The notes beneath the pieces are model-generated. The model saw only the letters and a list, made by a program, of their open reading frames with translations. It was not told where the DNA came from and did not search any database. A stretch of 64,000 bases of DNA, from NCBI GenBank assembly GCA_951406725.2, contig OX597827.1:31062001-31126000 (forward strand), written 5' to 3'. Each line of letters opens with the position of its first letter. Positions within the stretch are counted from its first letter, which is position 1. This stretch comes from Octopus vulgaris (Eukaryota). This document shows positions 13,159 through 25,700 of this stretch, in pieces. A program made the position numbers and the translations under genes.

Positions 13159-13967
13159 TATTGTATGAATTATATACCCACACTATTACATGAAATATGA
13201 ACACCTGTTTCTTTTTCTGACTTATGGAAACTTATGGAAACATACACACACAATCAGTGTTTGCATACATTTATAGTAAAGTACAGATTTACAAACTTTA
13301 ACAAAGAAAAAGTTGATAATGGCACTGACTTCAATTGCTTGCTTTCTTTAGACTACATATAGACACATGTAGATATTTATATTATACACATCATCATCAT
13401 TTAACGTCTGTTTTCTATGCTAGCATGGGTTGGATGGTTTGACTGAGGGTTGGAAAGTCAGCGACTGCACCAGGCTCGAGTCTGATCTGGTAAGGTTTCT
13501 ACAGCTGGATGCCCTTCCTAACGCCAACCATTCCAAGAGTGTAGTGGATGCTTTTTATGTGCCACCGGCACAGGAGCCAGTCAAGCGGGCCTGACATCAA
13601 TCATGTTTGGAGAATGCCTTTAATGTGTCACTGGCATGGGAGCCAGTCAAGGCAGCACTGGCATCAACCACATTCAGATGGTGCTTTTTAGATGCCACCA
13701 GCACAGGAGCCAGTCAGGTGTCACTGGCCACAGCTATGATATTGGTTTTACTTGACTCAACAGGCCTTCTCAAGCATATCATATTGTCTGATGCATCAGA
13801 GGAACTCTTAACTGGGCCAAACATGCATGGCTGCGATCTCATTTTAGTTTCCAGGTCTTCTCAATCACAGCATATCTATAATACATATGGATGCCAGCAT
13901 AGAACATGGATGGTAAATGATAATGATGATGATGATAAAAATATATATAAGGATGTATGTATGTGCA

Positions 13968-13998
<31 letters not shown>

Positions 13999-14781
13999 TT
14001 ATTCTTTTATTTTTTTTTATTTGTTTCAGAACTTATTCTTTGTAAGCCTAGTACTTATTCTATTGGTCTCTTTGCCAAACCGCTAAGTGACAGAGACACA
14101 AACACACCAGCAGCGGTTGTCAAGCGATGGTGGGTGGACAAACACAGACACACAAACATACACACACACATATATACATATATATGAAGGGCTTCTTTCA
14201 GTTTCCGTCTACCAAATCCATTCACAGAGCTTTGGTTGGCCTGAGGCTGTAGTAGAAGACACTTGCCCAAGGTGCTGCACAGTCCCTGAACCCAGAACCA
14301 TGTGGTTGGTAAGCAAGCTACTTACCACACAGCAACACCTGCACCTATATATATATATATTTATATATGTACACACATATGCATATATATGTGCATGTGT
14401 GTATATAAACATGTGTGTGTGTGTGTGTGAGTAGAAATTATTTGTTGTTGTATTTTGGTTTACTCTACCGACCGACAGCAATATTTATCTCTTAAAATAA
14501 AATAAAATATATTACAATATGTTTTGGTTTTGCTTTTACATTTGTTCTTTAATTTTCTTTGTTCACTTTCCTCTATCTACACACAGACATGCACACACAT
14601 GTATAACTACATCCCTGCCACACACAGACACAACTACATACACATGCATAAATGCAAATGTACATCACATACATATCTAACTCCAAAGATTCACAAACAC
14701 ATACATACAAATGCATCCATCCACCCATCTATCCATCCAACCATCCATCCATCCATCCATATATAAATATGTATCCACACA

Positions 14782-14990
14782 CGAGGGGTGCTGAAAAGTT
14801 CCTGGCTTTAAGGGTGTCATGAAAGGCATGGATGGAGGCCCAACCATCCAAGTTCTTTTACAGGGCTTAGAAAAACTGAAATACCATTGCAATAAGTGTG
14901 TGAATCTGAGAGGGGAATATGTTGAATAAAATCATAATTAACTGATCCTCCTGTATTTCTTTTATCCAAAGCCAGGAACTCTTTTAGACT
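14782..14990. mobile_element. Mariner-derived MITE (CGAGGGGTGCTGAAAAGTTCCTGGC ends)
   Basis: Imperfect TIRs. Related copies at about 8395-8530 and 42737-42942. Confidence 0.65.
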
Positions 14991-15489
14991 CACTCCACCA
15001 TATCATCATCATCATCATCGTTTAGCGTCCGCTTTCCATGCTAGCATGGGATGGACGGTTCAACTGGGGTCTGGGAAGCCAGAAGGCTGCACCAGGCCCA
15101 GTCTGATCTGGCAATGTTTCTACGACTGGATGCCCTTCCTAACGCCAACCACTCCATGAGTGTAGTGGGTGCTTTTCACGTGCCACTGGCACAGGTGCCA
15201 GACGAGGCTGGCAAACGGCCACGATCGGATGGTGCTTTTTATGTGCCAGGCGAGGCTGGCAACGGCCACGATCAGATGGTGCTTTTTATGTGCCACCGGC
15301 ACAAGGCCAGTCAGGGCGGCGCTGGCAACGGCCACGTTCGGATGGTTCTCTTACGTACCAGCGGCACTGGTATCACAGCTGTAATTTCCATTGATGTTGA
15401 TCGATTTTGATTTTGATTTTGATTTTGGATTTTCACTTGCCTCAACAGGTCTTCACAAGTAGAGTTTTGTGTCCCAAGAAGGAAAGGTA

Positions 15490-15572
<83 letters not shown>

Positions 15573-15587
15573 TTTACTTGTTTCAGT

Positions 15588-15625
<38 letters not shown>

Positions 15626-15640
15626 TACATACATATAAAA

Positions 15641-15995
15641 ATAATTAAGGGTTTAGCAACAGGTTGCTTCACCACATACTGAAAATTTAGAAATAGCAGC
15701 CAAAAGACAGCTCATTTATTTAACTACAAATATGACTCCATGTGAGTAACAAATATTGTTGTCTATGGAGTCATATTTGTACTTAAATGAATTAGCTGTT
15801 TTTTGGCTGCTATTTCTAAATTTTCGGTATGTGGTGAAGCAACTTGTTGGTAAACCCTTAATTATATCTATAATTATATAGAAAAAACTTTTTGTACAAG
15901 TCTTCTACCGATAATGGTTTTTTTCCATACCAAAACCACTTGGTAAAATTTATTAATTATTAAATTAATAATTCTCTACCCTATATCTATAATGA
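15641..15995. mobile_element. Asymmetric fold-back PLE pLTR-tail insert in (TA)n
   Basis: 15641-15742 is the inverse of 15765-15865. It shares the GGCTGCTATTTC tail motif with 10405-10420 and 50290-50302. Confidence 0.7.
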
Positions 15996-16003
15996 TTACA
16001 TAC

Positions 16004-16076
<73 letters not shown>

Positions 16077-16231
16077 AATATATATACAATCAAGTAAGAT
16101 TCAAGTGAGTTCTGTTGAATTCACATGAATATGGTACTTAACTTGGATGCACCAGAAATCTATATGGTGTTAACCATACGACAAAGTGGGGTGATTATAA
16201 ATAGAAAAAAAGCAACAAGAATGGATCAATA

Positions 16232-16316
16232 TTTTGGTACAATTGTTTCGTACGAAGACATCTTTAATAAGGCTACAAAAATTGCAGTAAATATAAGTGA
16301 CCCGTACTCATCAGCC
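16232..16316 (-). ncRNA. Type I hammerhead in pLTR fragment (16087-16352), same family as 4010/6120
   Basis: GG-CTGATGA-GTACG...CGTAC-GAAA-CAATTG-TA-CCAAAA, followed by a fold-back at 16292-16337. Confidence 0.75.
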
Positions 16317-16348
16317 GATGAGTACGGGTCACTTATATAAGTTGCTTT

Positions 16349-16383
<35 letters not shown>

Positions 16384-16558
16384 ATATATATATATATATA
16401 TATACATACACACATGCATGCACACACACATTCATACATACTTAGAGACATATATTCTCTATAAGCTTTAAAGAAATGCCTATGTTTCAGAAATCAGCAA
16501 ACGAAAATTAAACCCAACAGAATAGATTTATTTTTCTAATTATCCATAATATTCTTTG

Positions 16559-16657
16559 TTAACGAGACTGTTCTCTAGCAGTGGGGTAAAATGTCACATG
16601 GATATCTTTGATTACTTTCTCTTTGCATGAGTCTTCCTGTTCCATATATTTTCCAGT
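16559..16657 (-). CDS. Candidate terminal exon of the minus-strand host gene (TGKYMEQEDSCKEKVIKDIHVTFYPTAREQSR*)
   Basis: Strong pyrimidine tract and AAG acceptor, open phase-0 frame, AATAAA at 16532-16527. No homology support seen. Confidence 0.35.
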   Translation of the reverse strand, partial: TGKYMEQEDSCKEKVIKDIHVTFYPTAREQSR

Positions 16658-17139
16658 CTTTGAAAAGAGACAAGGAAAAACATACATAAATAAATATACA
16701 TATTATGCATACAAGTATGTGTGTGTGTCTGTGTAATTCTATATATGTATATATATGTGCGTATATATATATATATATATATGTACACACACACATATGC
16801 ATACACAAAATTTGTTGTTGAAAATGCATCTAAATTCGAAAAACTTGTAATTGTTTAAAATACATTTTATTTACATATATACCAAACTAGTTTCAACAAT
16901 ATATATTTTTTGTTTATCAATGGTAAAAATTTAGAATTATGAATTAGAAAAACATCTTTAAATGTTTCAATGTTGACAAATTTAAATGTTCATAACAGGT
17001 AAATTTAGAGTTATGAATTAGAAAAACATGTTAAAAAATTTCAATGTTGATAAGTTTAAATGTACAAAGCTCATAAGTGAGATCAACAAGAAATGAATAT
17101 CATCAAAGTTTCATACTGAGTTAAGAGGGGGAAAAAAAG

Positions 17140-17953
17140 GGATCTTTTCGGTTAGAATGGTAGTTTTTAACATAATTTCTAGGTAACTAAAAATTTTAAA
17201 CTTCGTATACTGGTAGAATGTGTTTATAAAACAACATTTTCTCTTGGCTTTCTTGAGAAAATTCTATAGTTTGTAACATATTTCATCTTTAATTTCAAGC
17301 ATTTCGGCAATTTTAACCAATCGATTACCTCCATTTACGTAAACAACATTCCGTGCTGTATGAATATGTCCCTCGTTTAAGAAACAGATTGGGTTTATTT
17401 ACATTTGTGAAGAAAAAATGATACCCTTCCCCACCCCTAACCCTAACTAACCCTAAATCTAAAATAGATTGAAATGCAATAGATCGATACTAGGGTCATA
17501 ATTATGGGTGACAATTTCATATGACACCGCTAGAAAAAACTGCCATTTTCTCTAGTGGTGTCAAATGAAAATGTCACCCATAATTATAACCCTAGAATCG
17601 ATCTATTGCATTTCAATCTATTTTAGATTTAGGGTTAGTTAGGGTTAGGGTTATGGGTGGGGTAAGGGTATCTTTTTTTCTTCACAAATGTAAATAAACC
17701 CAATCTGTTTCTTAAACGAGGGACATATTCATACAGCACAGAATGCTTTCACCTCAATAGACGGTCATTGATTGGTTAAAATTGCCGAAATGCAAGAAAT
17801 TAAAGACGAAATATGTTACAAACTACAGAATTTTCTCAAGAAAGCCAAAAGAAAATGATGTTTTATAAACACATTCTAACAGTATATGAAGTTTAAAATT
17901 TTTTAGTTACCTAGAAATTATGTTAAAAACTGCCATTCAAACTGAAAAGATCC
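17140..17953. mobile_element. About 810-bp fully palindromic non-autonomous DNA transposon (Merlin-like ends) containing (CCCTAA)n
   Basis: GGATCTTTTC...GAAAAGATCC termini and A7 target duplication. The empty site is visible at 18845-18862. Confidence 0.8.
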
Positions 17954-18493
17954 AAAAAAACAAGGGAGAAATGAAGATAGTAAAAAAAGGGATTTGATTT
18001 ACAATTTCTCTGATCCTTTTTCCATCGTGTGTAGGAACTTTTGCTTGTAATGGTGTGTTTTGGAATCTGGTGTAATTATAATTTTTATCTGCAAGCGGAT
18101 CTGATATCTGATCATTAAAGTATTGGTCTCGTCTTGTCTTATTGGCAGTCAACTTTGTTGTTCTGCCTGGAAGCCTTCCCTGTTGGGAACGGTCATCAGT
18201 TGCTCTGATTGGGTGATTCTCTTAAAGGGTCATTTTGTTGAAGTTCAGTTTTGATTGGTCTAGAGTTAGGTGACGTCAGCAATTGGTGTATGCAAAATTT
18301 CATTGGTCAGAGATAGGTGACATTAGCAACTGGTGTTTGTATGGTGTAATAACACATGGGGATTTGGAGTTACAGTTTCGAAACCCGGGTGGAAGACTGT
18401 TACTAAAGTTTTTAAAATTGTTTGTTGTTCCTGGTTGTTTTTTTGTGGAGAAATTGTCTTTTTTCCTTTTTTCTTTAGTGTTTTTTCTTCTTT

Positions 18494-18820
18494 CTAAAGG
18501 ATGTTCAGCTGTGGTTTATATTTTTTAATGCGTATGCTTTCCTTATGTAAATGGAATTGGATTGAAGTGTTTCCGATGCATTGATAGAGAGGGAAGATCT
18601 GGTATTTTAGGCTTATGTTTACGGGGCATTGGTCTAGGTGTTTGCTTATGGGAATTTTCGTAGTCATGGCATCCCGGATTTGTTGCCTGTGCACCATTAA
18701 TCTGTTCCTCAAGGTCAAACTAGTTTGACCTATGTAGTCTCCAATACATCCTCCATGTTTAAGAACATAGATTAAATTCTTCGAAGCACAGTGATTTTTT
18801 ATGGTAAAAGTTTGACCTGA
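18494..18820 (-). pseudogene. PLE GIY-YIG endonuclease fragment
   Basis: HCASKNLIYVLKHGGCIGDYIGQTSLTLRNRLMVHRQQI...PISKHLDQC...KES..IKKYKPQLN. Confidence 0.85.
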
Positions 18821-19279
18821 CTTTTTTTGCTATCTTCATTTCTCCCTTGTTTTTTTCCCCCTCTTAACTCAGTATGATTGAAACTTTGATGATATTCATT
18901 TCTTGTTGATTACTACTAACACTTATGAGCTCTGTACATTCAAACAAATTGATGCACAGCTTTAATATTATTGACTGTTAAGAACATTTAAACTTGTCAA
19001 CATCAAAATATTTTAACATGTTTTTCTAATTCATAACTCTAAATTTACCTGTTATGAACATTTAAATTTGTCAACATTGAAACATTTAAAGATGTTTTTC
19101 TAATTCATAATTCTAAATTTTTACCATTGATAAACAAAAAATATATATTGTTGAAACTAGTTTGGTATATATGTAAATAAAATGTATTTTAAACAATTAC
19201 AAGTTTTTCAAATTTAGGTACATTTTCAACAACAAATTTGCCTATATTTTTCTGCATGGATATCCACTCCCTCTTTTGT

Positions 19280-19314
<35 letters not shown>

Positions 19315-19334
19315 ATTTATATATATACATGTAT

Positions 19335-20080
19335 ACAGGGTGTTTGGTCTAAATTGGATATTTCATGTATCTTTTTTTCTGAAACAGCTTGATGTATTGA
19401 TGAACAATAAATGGCGTTGGAGAGTATAAAGATCAAAGTTGTTGCTGAAAAAATTTTTAGCTGATATGAAGGACTGGAAGCCATCTGAATGTTGGAAAAG
19501 AATTACCTGTATCATGATGACTGGCACCAGCCATCAAAATACTAACATTGTGACTGCTGCTCAATTCTCTGTGAACACTTTAAAGGCTGTAAAATGTGAC
19601 ATGGACAGTTGCAATGGAGACTATAAAACTTTGGCCAGCAGGAAGGGACACAAGCAGGTGTTCTGATTGTATCTGCATGCCAGAATACATCCTTATATAT
19701 TTGAACAGGGTCTTAGGCACAGTTCAGACAGATACGAGAAGCTGCTGGAGACTGTGGTCAATCCCTGTTTACAAAGGGTTACTGTTGGAAGGCCATGTGT
19801 AGCAGCAGAAATTGGCTCTTTGCCATACTTACAGAAAAACTCAGAAGTGGTTCTCTGAGAATTCCTACAATTTCCTCAGCCCCAGTCTCTGGCTTCCTAA
19901 TTCCCCTGATTGTAATCCCATTGATTGCTATGAGTGGGGCCCAGTTAAGAAAGATATCAACTGCCATGTTTACAGCAACAAAACCAAGCTGGTGGCCAAG
20001 TTGTTTGAAGATATTCCCAGGGACACAAAGAACAACATATGCACCAAGTTTTGGGGCCATCGTGATGCTGAGGTCTATAC
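19335..20080 (+). mobile_element. Degraded Tc1/mariner-superfamily (maT-like) transposon
   Basis: TA-CAGGGTG start and WLPNSPDCNPIDCYEWG motif. Confidence 0.65.
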
Positions 20081-20089
20081 AGAGGCCGA

Positions 20090-20737
20090 GGTCTACAACA
20101 GAGACCTACACAAAGTTTTCAAAAAGCTTTCATCATTCTTGACACAATCAAGGAGATCTTGTGCAACCAAAACCTGAGTGTCTTTTTAGTTAGCTGAAAG
20201 TAGTTTTGGCGCAAGCTTGGCAGACACACATCTCATGTTCAAATCTTCAGTGATAATAGACTGAACTGAACTGTAACTAATCTGCACATCATCTGATAAC
20301 TCACGGATGGTGATTCGACAATTTCCCCTCATAGTTGCATGCAATCTGTGATGTTTTTCTCAGTTCTGCTGGTTGCGTGTCTCCCAGAATGTTTGTCAAT
20401 ATTGACATTTTCTTGGCCATCTTCGAAACATCTGAACCACTCATACACCTGTGTGCAGCTCATACACTCTTCTCCATACACTTTCTGCAACTTTGTGTAG
20501 GTCTCAAAGCAAGTGTTGCCATGACAATTTTCTCTGTCATGGTCAATGCAACAATCACACACTATACACCTTTTTTCCAAGTACTGCTGTAAACAACCGA
20601 AGTGAGTTAGAACATTAAAATTTAGTGCGCAAGCACAGCAGAATTCAAGGTCTATCTTTGCCAAGCGGCTTTACTCTGCATGCTTTAGCTTTGTTACTAT
20701 GGCAAGAGTCTGGATACTTACTGATCGGACCTCCTCG
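20090..20737 (-). mobile_element. Mariner transposon 5' fragment
   Basis: TA-CGAGG terminus. HTH region ETYTKLQKVYGEECMSCTQVYEWFRCFEDGQENV..KHSGR. Confidence 0.8.
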
Positions 20738-20751
20738 TATATATATATATA

Positions 20752-22564
20752 CGATAAGACAAGGAACTTATATGCACTTGATAAGGACGTTTATAAGCGC
20801 CTGATTTCGAATAGTGTCACAGATACATACAAAAAAGATAACACGAATATATACAAAGAGGTGAACTTAGAAGCAAGAGGAATAGCTAACGATCTTAAGA
20901 TTAGCGATAGGATTGAATATCTTTCACCACGACCAGCTTTTATTACTCTAAAAGACCATAAAGCCAATTTTAATAGAAACCCCAAATGTAGATTGATAAA
21001 TCTGGCTAAAACTGAGATAGGAATTATTAGCAAAAATATTTTGGACCGTATTTTAGCTAAGTTAGATAGTGAAGTAGACTTGAGAATTTGGAAGAATAGT
21101 AAGTCAGTCATAGAGTGGTTTAAAGGTATTAGCTATAAGAATAATTGTAGTTTCACACAATTCGACATTATTGACTTTTACCCGTCAATATCTAGGACGT
21201 TGCTCCTAATGGCATTGGACTTCGCCAAGCAGTATGTCAGCATCGATAGCTCGGAAATTGATATTATTATGCATGCGAGGAAATCGCTTCTTTTTTTCGA
21301 GGATTCCACCTGGATTAAGAAGACTGAGGATTCTCTTTTCGATGTACCGATGGGGGCATACGACGGGGCTGAGTTATGTATGCTCATAGGAGCCTTTATT
21401 CTCCATAATCTAAAAATAGAATTCCCATTTATAGATGCAGGTTTATATAGGGATGACGGCCTTATAGCCATGCATAATCTAAACGGCCATGAATCAGATA
21501 GACTTAGGAAGGACCTTATTGCTTTCTTTCAAAGGATGGGCTTACGGGTTACAATAGATGCTAACCTGAATAGTGTAGATTTTTTAGACGTAAATTTTAA
21601 TGTAAGGTCGGATAGATTTAAACCTTTCCGTAAGCCCAATGAAAAGCTATCGTATATTAGCAAAGATTCGAACCATCCACCAGTTATCCTTAGGAACTTA
21701 GTCAGCAATGTAGGTAGAAGAATATCTTCAATTTCTTCGGATGAGGCAGCATTCCATAATGCTGCACCTTATTACGATAGCGCATTAAAGAATAGTGGAT
21801 TCTCTGAGAAGATCCAATACAGCCAGCTTAATGCTGATAATAATGCTGCATGAAGAACTAGGACCAGGAAAGTTTTGTGGTTCAATTTGGCCGTAAAGAC
21901 TAATATAGGTAAGGAATTTTTGAGATTAGTCTCTAAGCATTTTAAGCAGGGCCATAAATTCTATAGGATATTTAATAGAAGAACCCTGAAGGTTAGCTAT
22001 TCTTGTTGCAGAAATTTCGCCTCTTACATTAGCCAGCATAATAGGAATCTGATTGAGATTAGACATGGTGCCGAGCCCATTAAGAAATGCAATTTCAAAA
22101 ACGAAAACTCCTGTCCGTTAGAAGGGAAATGTCTAGTGAAAGGAGTAGTTTATAGAGCCAAGGTGCAAATAGAAGGCTCATCGGAATACAAGACATATAC
22201 AGGGGCTGCAGAAAATTCATTTAAAGCACGATTTTATTCACATAAAAATTCATTTAGATACCCAGAGAATAGGAAGAGGACCAGCCTAGCAAAATATGTC
22301 TGGGAACTAAAAGAAAAGGAAACCCCACCTTTCAACGTGACATGGAGCATTCTGGACAGAGCGGCACCATACAGGCATGGAGCACACAGAAATAATTTTA
22401 AATGCAAGCTTTGCCTATTAGAGAGACTGTATATTTTATTCAAAGACAATAATTCTTTGAATCAAAGAAGTGAGCCAATGAACTTATGTAGACACGCAAC
22501 CAAATTTAAAATGTCAAATATAAATATACCATATGGATATACCATTTGTATTTTTGATTTTTGA
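20752..22564 (+). pseudogene. PLE reverse transcriptase-GIY-YIG polyprotein interrupted by one in-frame TGA (21851-21853)
   Basis: KCRLIN, FDIIDFYPSI, PMGAYDGAE, YRDDG, FLDVNF, SNHPP, then same-frame WFN..KHF..SYSC..CPLEGKC..GVVY..YTG..FKARFYSH..CKLCLLE..CRH. Confidence 0.92.
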
Positions 22565-23652
22565 AATTTTGATTTTGACTTTTGGACTAGTATGTAAATG
22601 CGACGATGGATTTGTTTCGCGCTATGCAGATTTCATTCCGTATAGCAAAGTCTCATGCATATATTTTGTTTATATTTCTACATATACATTAGGAAAAACC
22701 TTCGGCTTTGTTTATTTCATGTTATTGTATTGTATAGGATTACCTTGATTTTTAATTTATAGATGATCCAAAATAGGGTGTTATATTTTATATGTCTTTT
22801 GTATATTTTTCATTATTGCACTCACCTTTTTTTAAAAAGCAATGTTGTCAAAAATTAGAATTTTGATGTAAATATGTGTATAGCCATGGATATGTATTTG
22901 TAAGCATGCGTCTCTGTGTATGTGTAAGTGAGCGTATGTTTGTGCTTAAGCACACACATACACGACTGTATGTGTATGTATCCATTCGAACTTGTGTATT
23001 TGTATACTTGTCTCCATATATGTCAATAACGCGGTTACACAGCTTGTATACATAATTTTTCTTATTTCGTTTTTTCCCCCACCCCTCCTTTTTCTTTTTT
23101 CCTTCCCCCTTCTCCGTTCCTTTTTCTCTCTCTTCCTTTCTTTCGTTTTTTTCTCTAACTGATACTGATACAACTTTACGTCCCCCTTACTTAAGCTTTA
23201 CTCCGATGATTTTAACTTGCGTGCGAGATAGATTGCATACATATATGTATGCATGCATTTGTGTGTATATTTTAGAGTTATATTTATACGTCTGTATATG
23301 TATGGCATTTGCACGCATCCTTCTGTGTATGTTGATATATATATGTACACTTTAATATGAATATGTATTGCAGTGTAATATTTATAATGCGTTTTATTTC
23401 CATGCATTAATTATATTTTCTTCATTAACGTCAATATGTATTTTATTCAATGTAAGGTTTTTTCCTCGAATTTTATAATTTTTATAATTTTTTTATATAT
23501 ATATACATATATTTTTGAGCTCCTTTTTTGTTTATCGCTCGAAGATTGACTGTTATTTCTAAAGGGCCAATCAAACAAGTCCATTTTTTTAAAGGTGTAG
23601 CGTTTGTAAGAGTCTGGATTGAATTGATATATCGGTTCCATTATAGCAAAAA

Positions 23653-23690
23653 CTGTCTGATGAACGGCAACGAGAAACTCAGAGTAACAG
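23653..23690 (+). ncRNA. Minimal type I hammerhead at PLE 3' end, predicted cleavage after 23686
   Basis: CTGT-CTGATGA-ACG-GCAA-CGA-GAAA-CTCAGAG-TA-ACAG. Confidence 0.8.
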
Positions 23691-23722
23691 ATTTTGTTGA
23701 ATTTTCTGCTGCTTTAAATAAA

Positions 23723-23759
<37 letters not shown>

Positions 23760-23760
<1 letters not shown>

Positions 23761-24753
23761 TAGCAGTATCGCCGGCGTTGCTCGGGTTTGTAAGGGAAAT
23801 AACTATATAAGCATTTTTAGTGAGTTATAGCAAAAAATGCATTAAAAATGGAATAAAAAATGATGGTAATTTTTTTTTTAAATCGTTGACTCATCGTAGA
23901 CATTTTTAGAGAGTTACTTCCCTTATATAATAGCGAAAAATGGATTAAAAATGGAATAAAAAATGATGGTAATTTTTTATTAAATCGTAGACATTTTTAG
24001 AGAGTTACTTCCCTTATATAATAGCGAAAAATGCATTAAAATGGAATAAAAAATTATGGTAAATTTTTTATTAAATCGTAGACTCATCGTAGACACGCGC
24101 TAATACCCAGAAGGGCTCGATATGAATCACGACTATAAGATACCGGGTTTTGGTTAAACTGCACCGCAAAATGTGAGAGTAGTTAGGAATCTAAATTGTA
24201 GGAGACAGACACACAACCTTACTTTTATATATAAAGATTTGTGCAACAACTAAAACATTCGGTTGTGCAAATTGTTTGCACAGGAAACCTGCCCTGTGTG
24301 GCGGTAATTGCCGTTTTTGTGGATCTGTTTCAGCTTTTTTAGCGATTTCTGTTTTGGCGACTTCAAGCCATGAAGTCGTTGTTCTAAAAGAACGCTGGTC
24401 TCCTTGACAACGCATTACGATGTTGATTTCCTTACACTCCCTTCCCCACAGCTTCACGAGGGAGGAATGAAGGGGGAGAAGCAACACAGGTGCAGGCGTG
24501 AGTGTGGACGCCAACTCCGCCGCCATCGACACACGAAAAAATATGCATTAAAATGGAATAAAAAATGATGTTAAATTATTTTAAAAATCATAGACTCATT
24601 GTAGACGCGCGCTAATAGCCAGACGGGCTCAATATGAATCACGACTATAAGATACCCGAATTTGGTTAAACTGCACCGCAAAATGTGGGAGTAGTTAAGA
24701 ATCTAAATCGAAGGGGACAGACACTCACACAACTACAGTTTTATATATATAGA
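23760..24753 (-). mobile_element. Composite non-autonomous Helitron
   Basis: 3' hairpin CCCGAGCAACGCCGG and CTAG at 23760. TC-T-ATATATAAAA 5' ends at 24753 and 24237, with internal duplications. Confidence 0.75.
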
Positions 24754-25167
24754 TATATATATATATACTCTTTTACTTGTTTCAGTCATTTGACTGTGGC
24801 CATGCTGGAATACTGCCTTTAGTCAAGCAAATTGACCCCAGGACTTATTCTTTGTAAGCCTAGTACTTATTCTATCGGTCTCTTTTGCCGAACTGCTAAG
24901 TTACAGGGATGTAAACACACCAGCATCAATTGTCAAGCAATGTTGAGGGGACAAACACAGACACACAAACATATACACAAATATATATACATATGTATAT
25001 ATATATATATATATATATATGACGGGCTTCTTTCAGTTTCCATCAACCAAATCCATTTACAAGGCTTTGGTTGGCCCGAGGCTATAGTAGAAGACACCTG
25101 CAGTGGGACTGCACCCGGAACCATGTTTTTGGTAAGCAAGCTACTTACCACACCAGCCACTCCTGCA

Positions 25168-25213
<46 letters not shown>

Positions 25214-25457
25214 AAAACAAAGATAAAAGTATAACATAAGTTTAATATTCATTACATTTGTTTCTGTAGCATTCTATTTCAAATCCCATTCCACATTTAG
25301 AGTTATGTGTGAAAAATTACACAAGACTTGTATATAATCATGCATGGTTGAAATAGTGAAGTAGTGAGAAATGGTATCTTCATTGGATACTTATTAAACT
25401 TAATTATCAGACATGATCGGTATGTATATATACATATACACATACAAACATACATAC

Positions 25458-25493
<36 letters not shown>

Positions 25494-25629
25494 ATGCGTG
25501 TGTGTTAGAGGAAAAAGGACAACAAAAACCAAAGCAGGATGAGTATCTCAGGTCATTTAGAATATTTAATTAGAGTAAGGTGAATTTGAGGTAATTAATT
25601 AACTAGTTAATTAATTAATAATTATTGGA

Positions 25630-25700
25630 TGTCTTACAGCTACTTCTGGATTATCCCAAGTGATAGCCTAACATCTCTATACACTGGGTCATCAGAAACA
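25630..25700 (-). ncRNA. Decayed hammerhead motif in pLTR fragment
   Basis: TGTTT-CTGATGA-CCCAG..TGGG..-GAAG-TAGCTG-TA-AGACA. Confidence 0.5.

Larger units (their letters stand above)
16807..19238 (-). mobile_element. 5'-truncated Penelope-like element (Neptune-like GIY-YIG) with inverted pLTR fragment
   Basis: 18822-19238 is the inverse of 16807-17138 plus 17961-17987. GIY-YIG at 18820-18494. Confidence 0.8.
20752..23723 (+). mobile_element. Penelope-like retroelement, 5'-truncated, RT + GIY-YIG + pLTR
   Basis: Flanked by (TA)n, with RT and EN reading frames and a hammerhead near the 3' end. Confidence 0.92.

Noticed and set aside
17435-17660. Telomere or chromosome-fusion site
   Set aside because: Only a few degenerate CCCTAA/TTAGGG units, internal to a TIR element with a target duplication.
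20699-20751. ATG start of the 384-aa RT ORF
   Set aside because: The first codons come from the adjacent mariner terminus and TA repeat. The PLE is 5'-truncated at about 20752.
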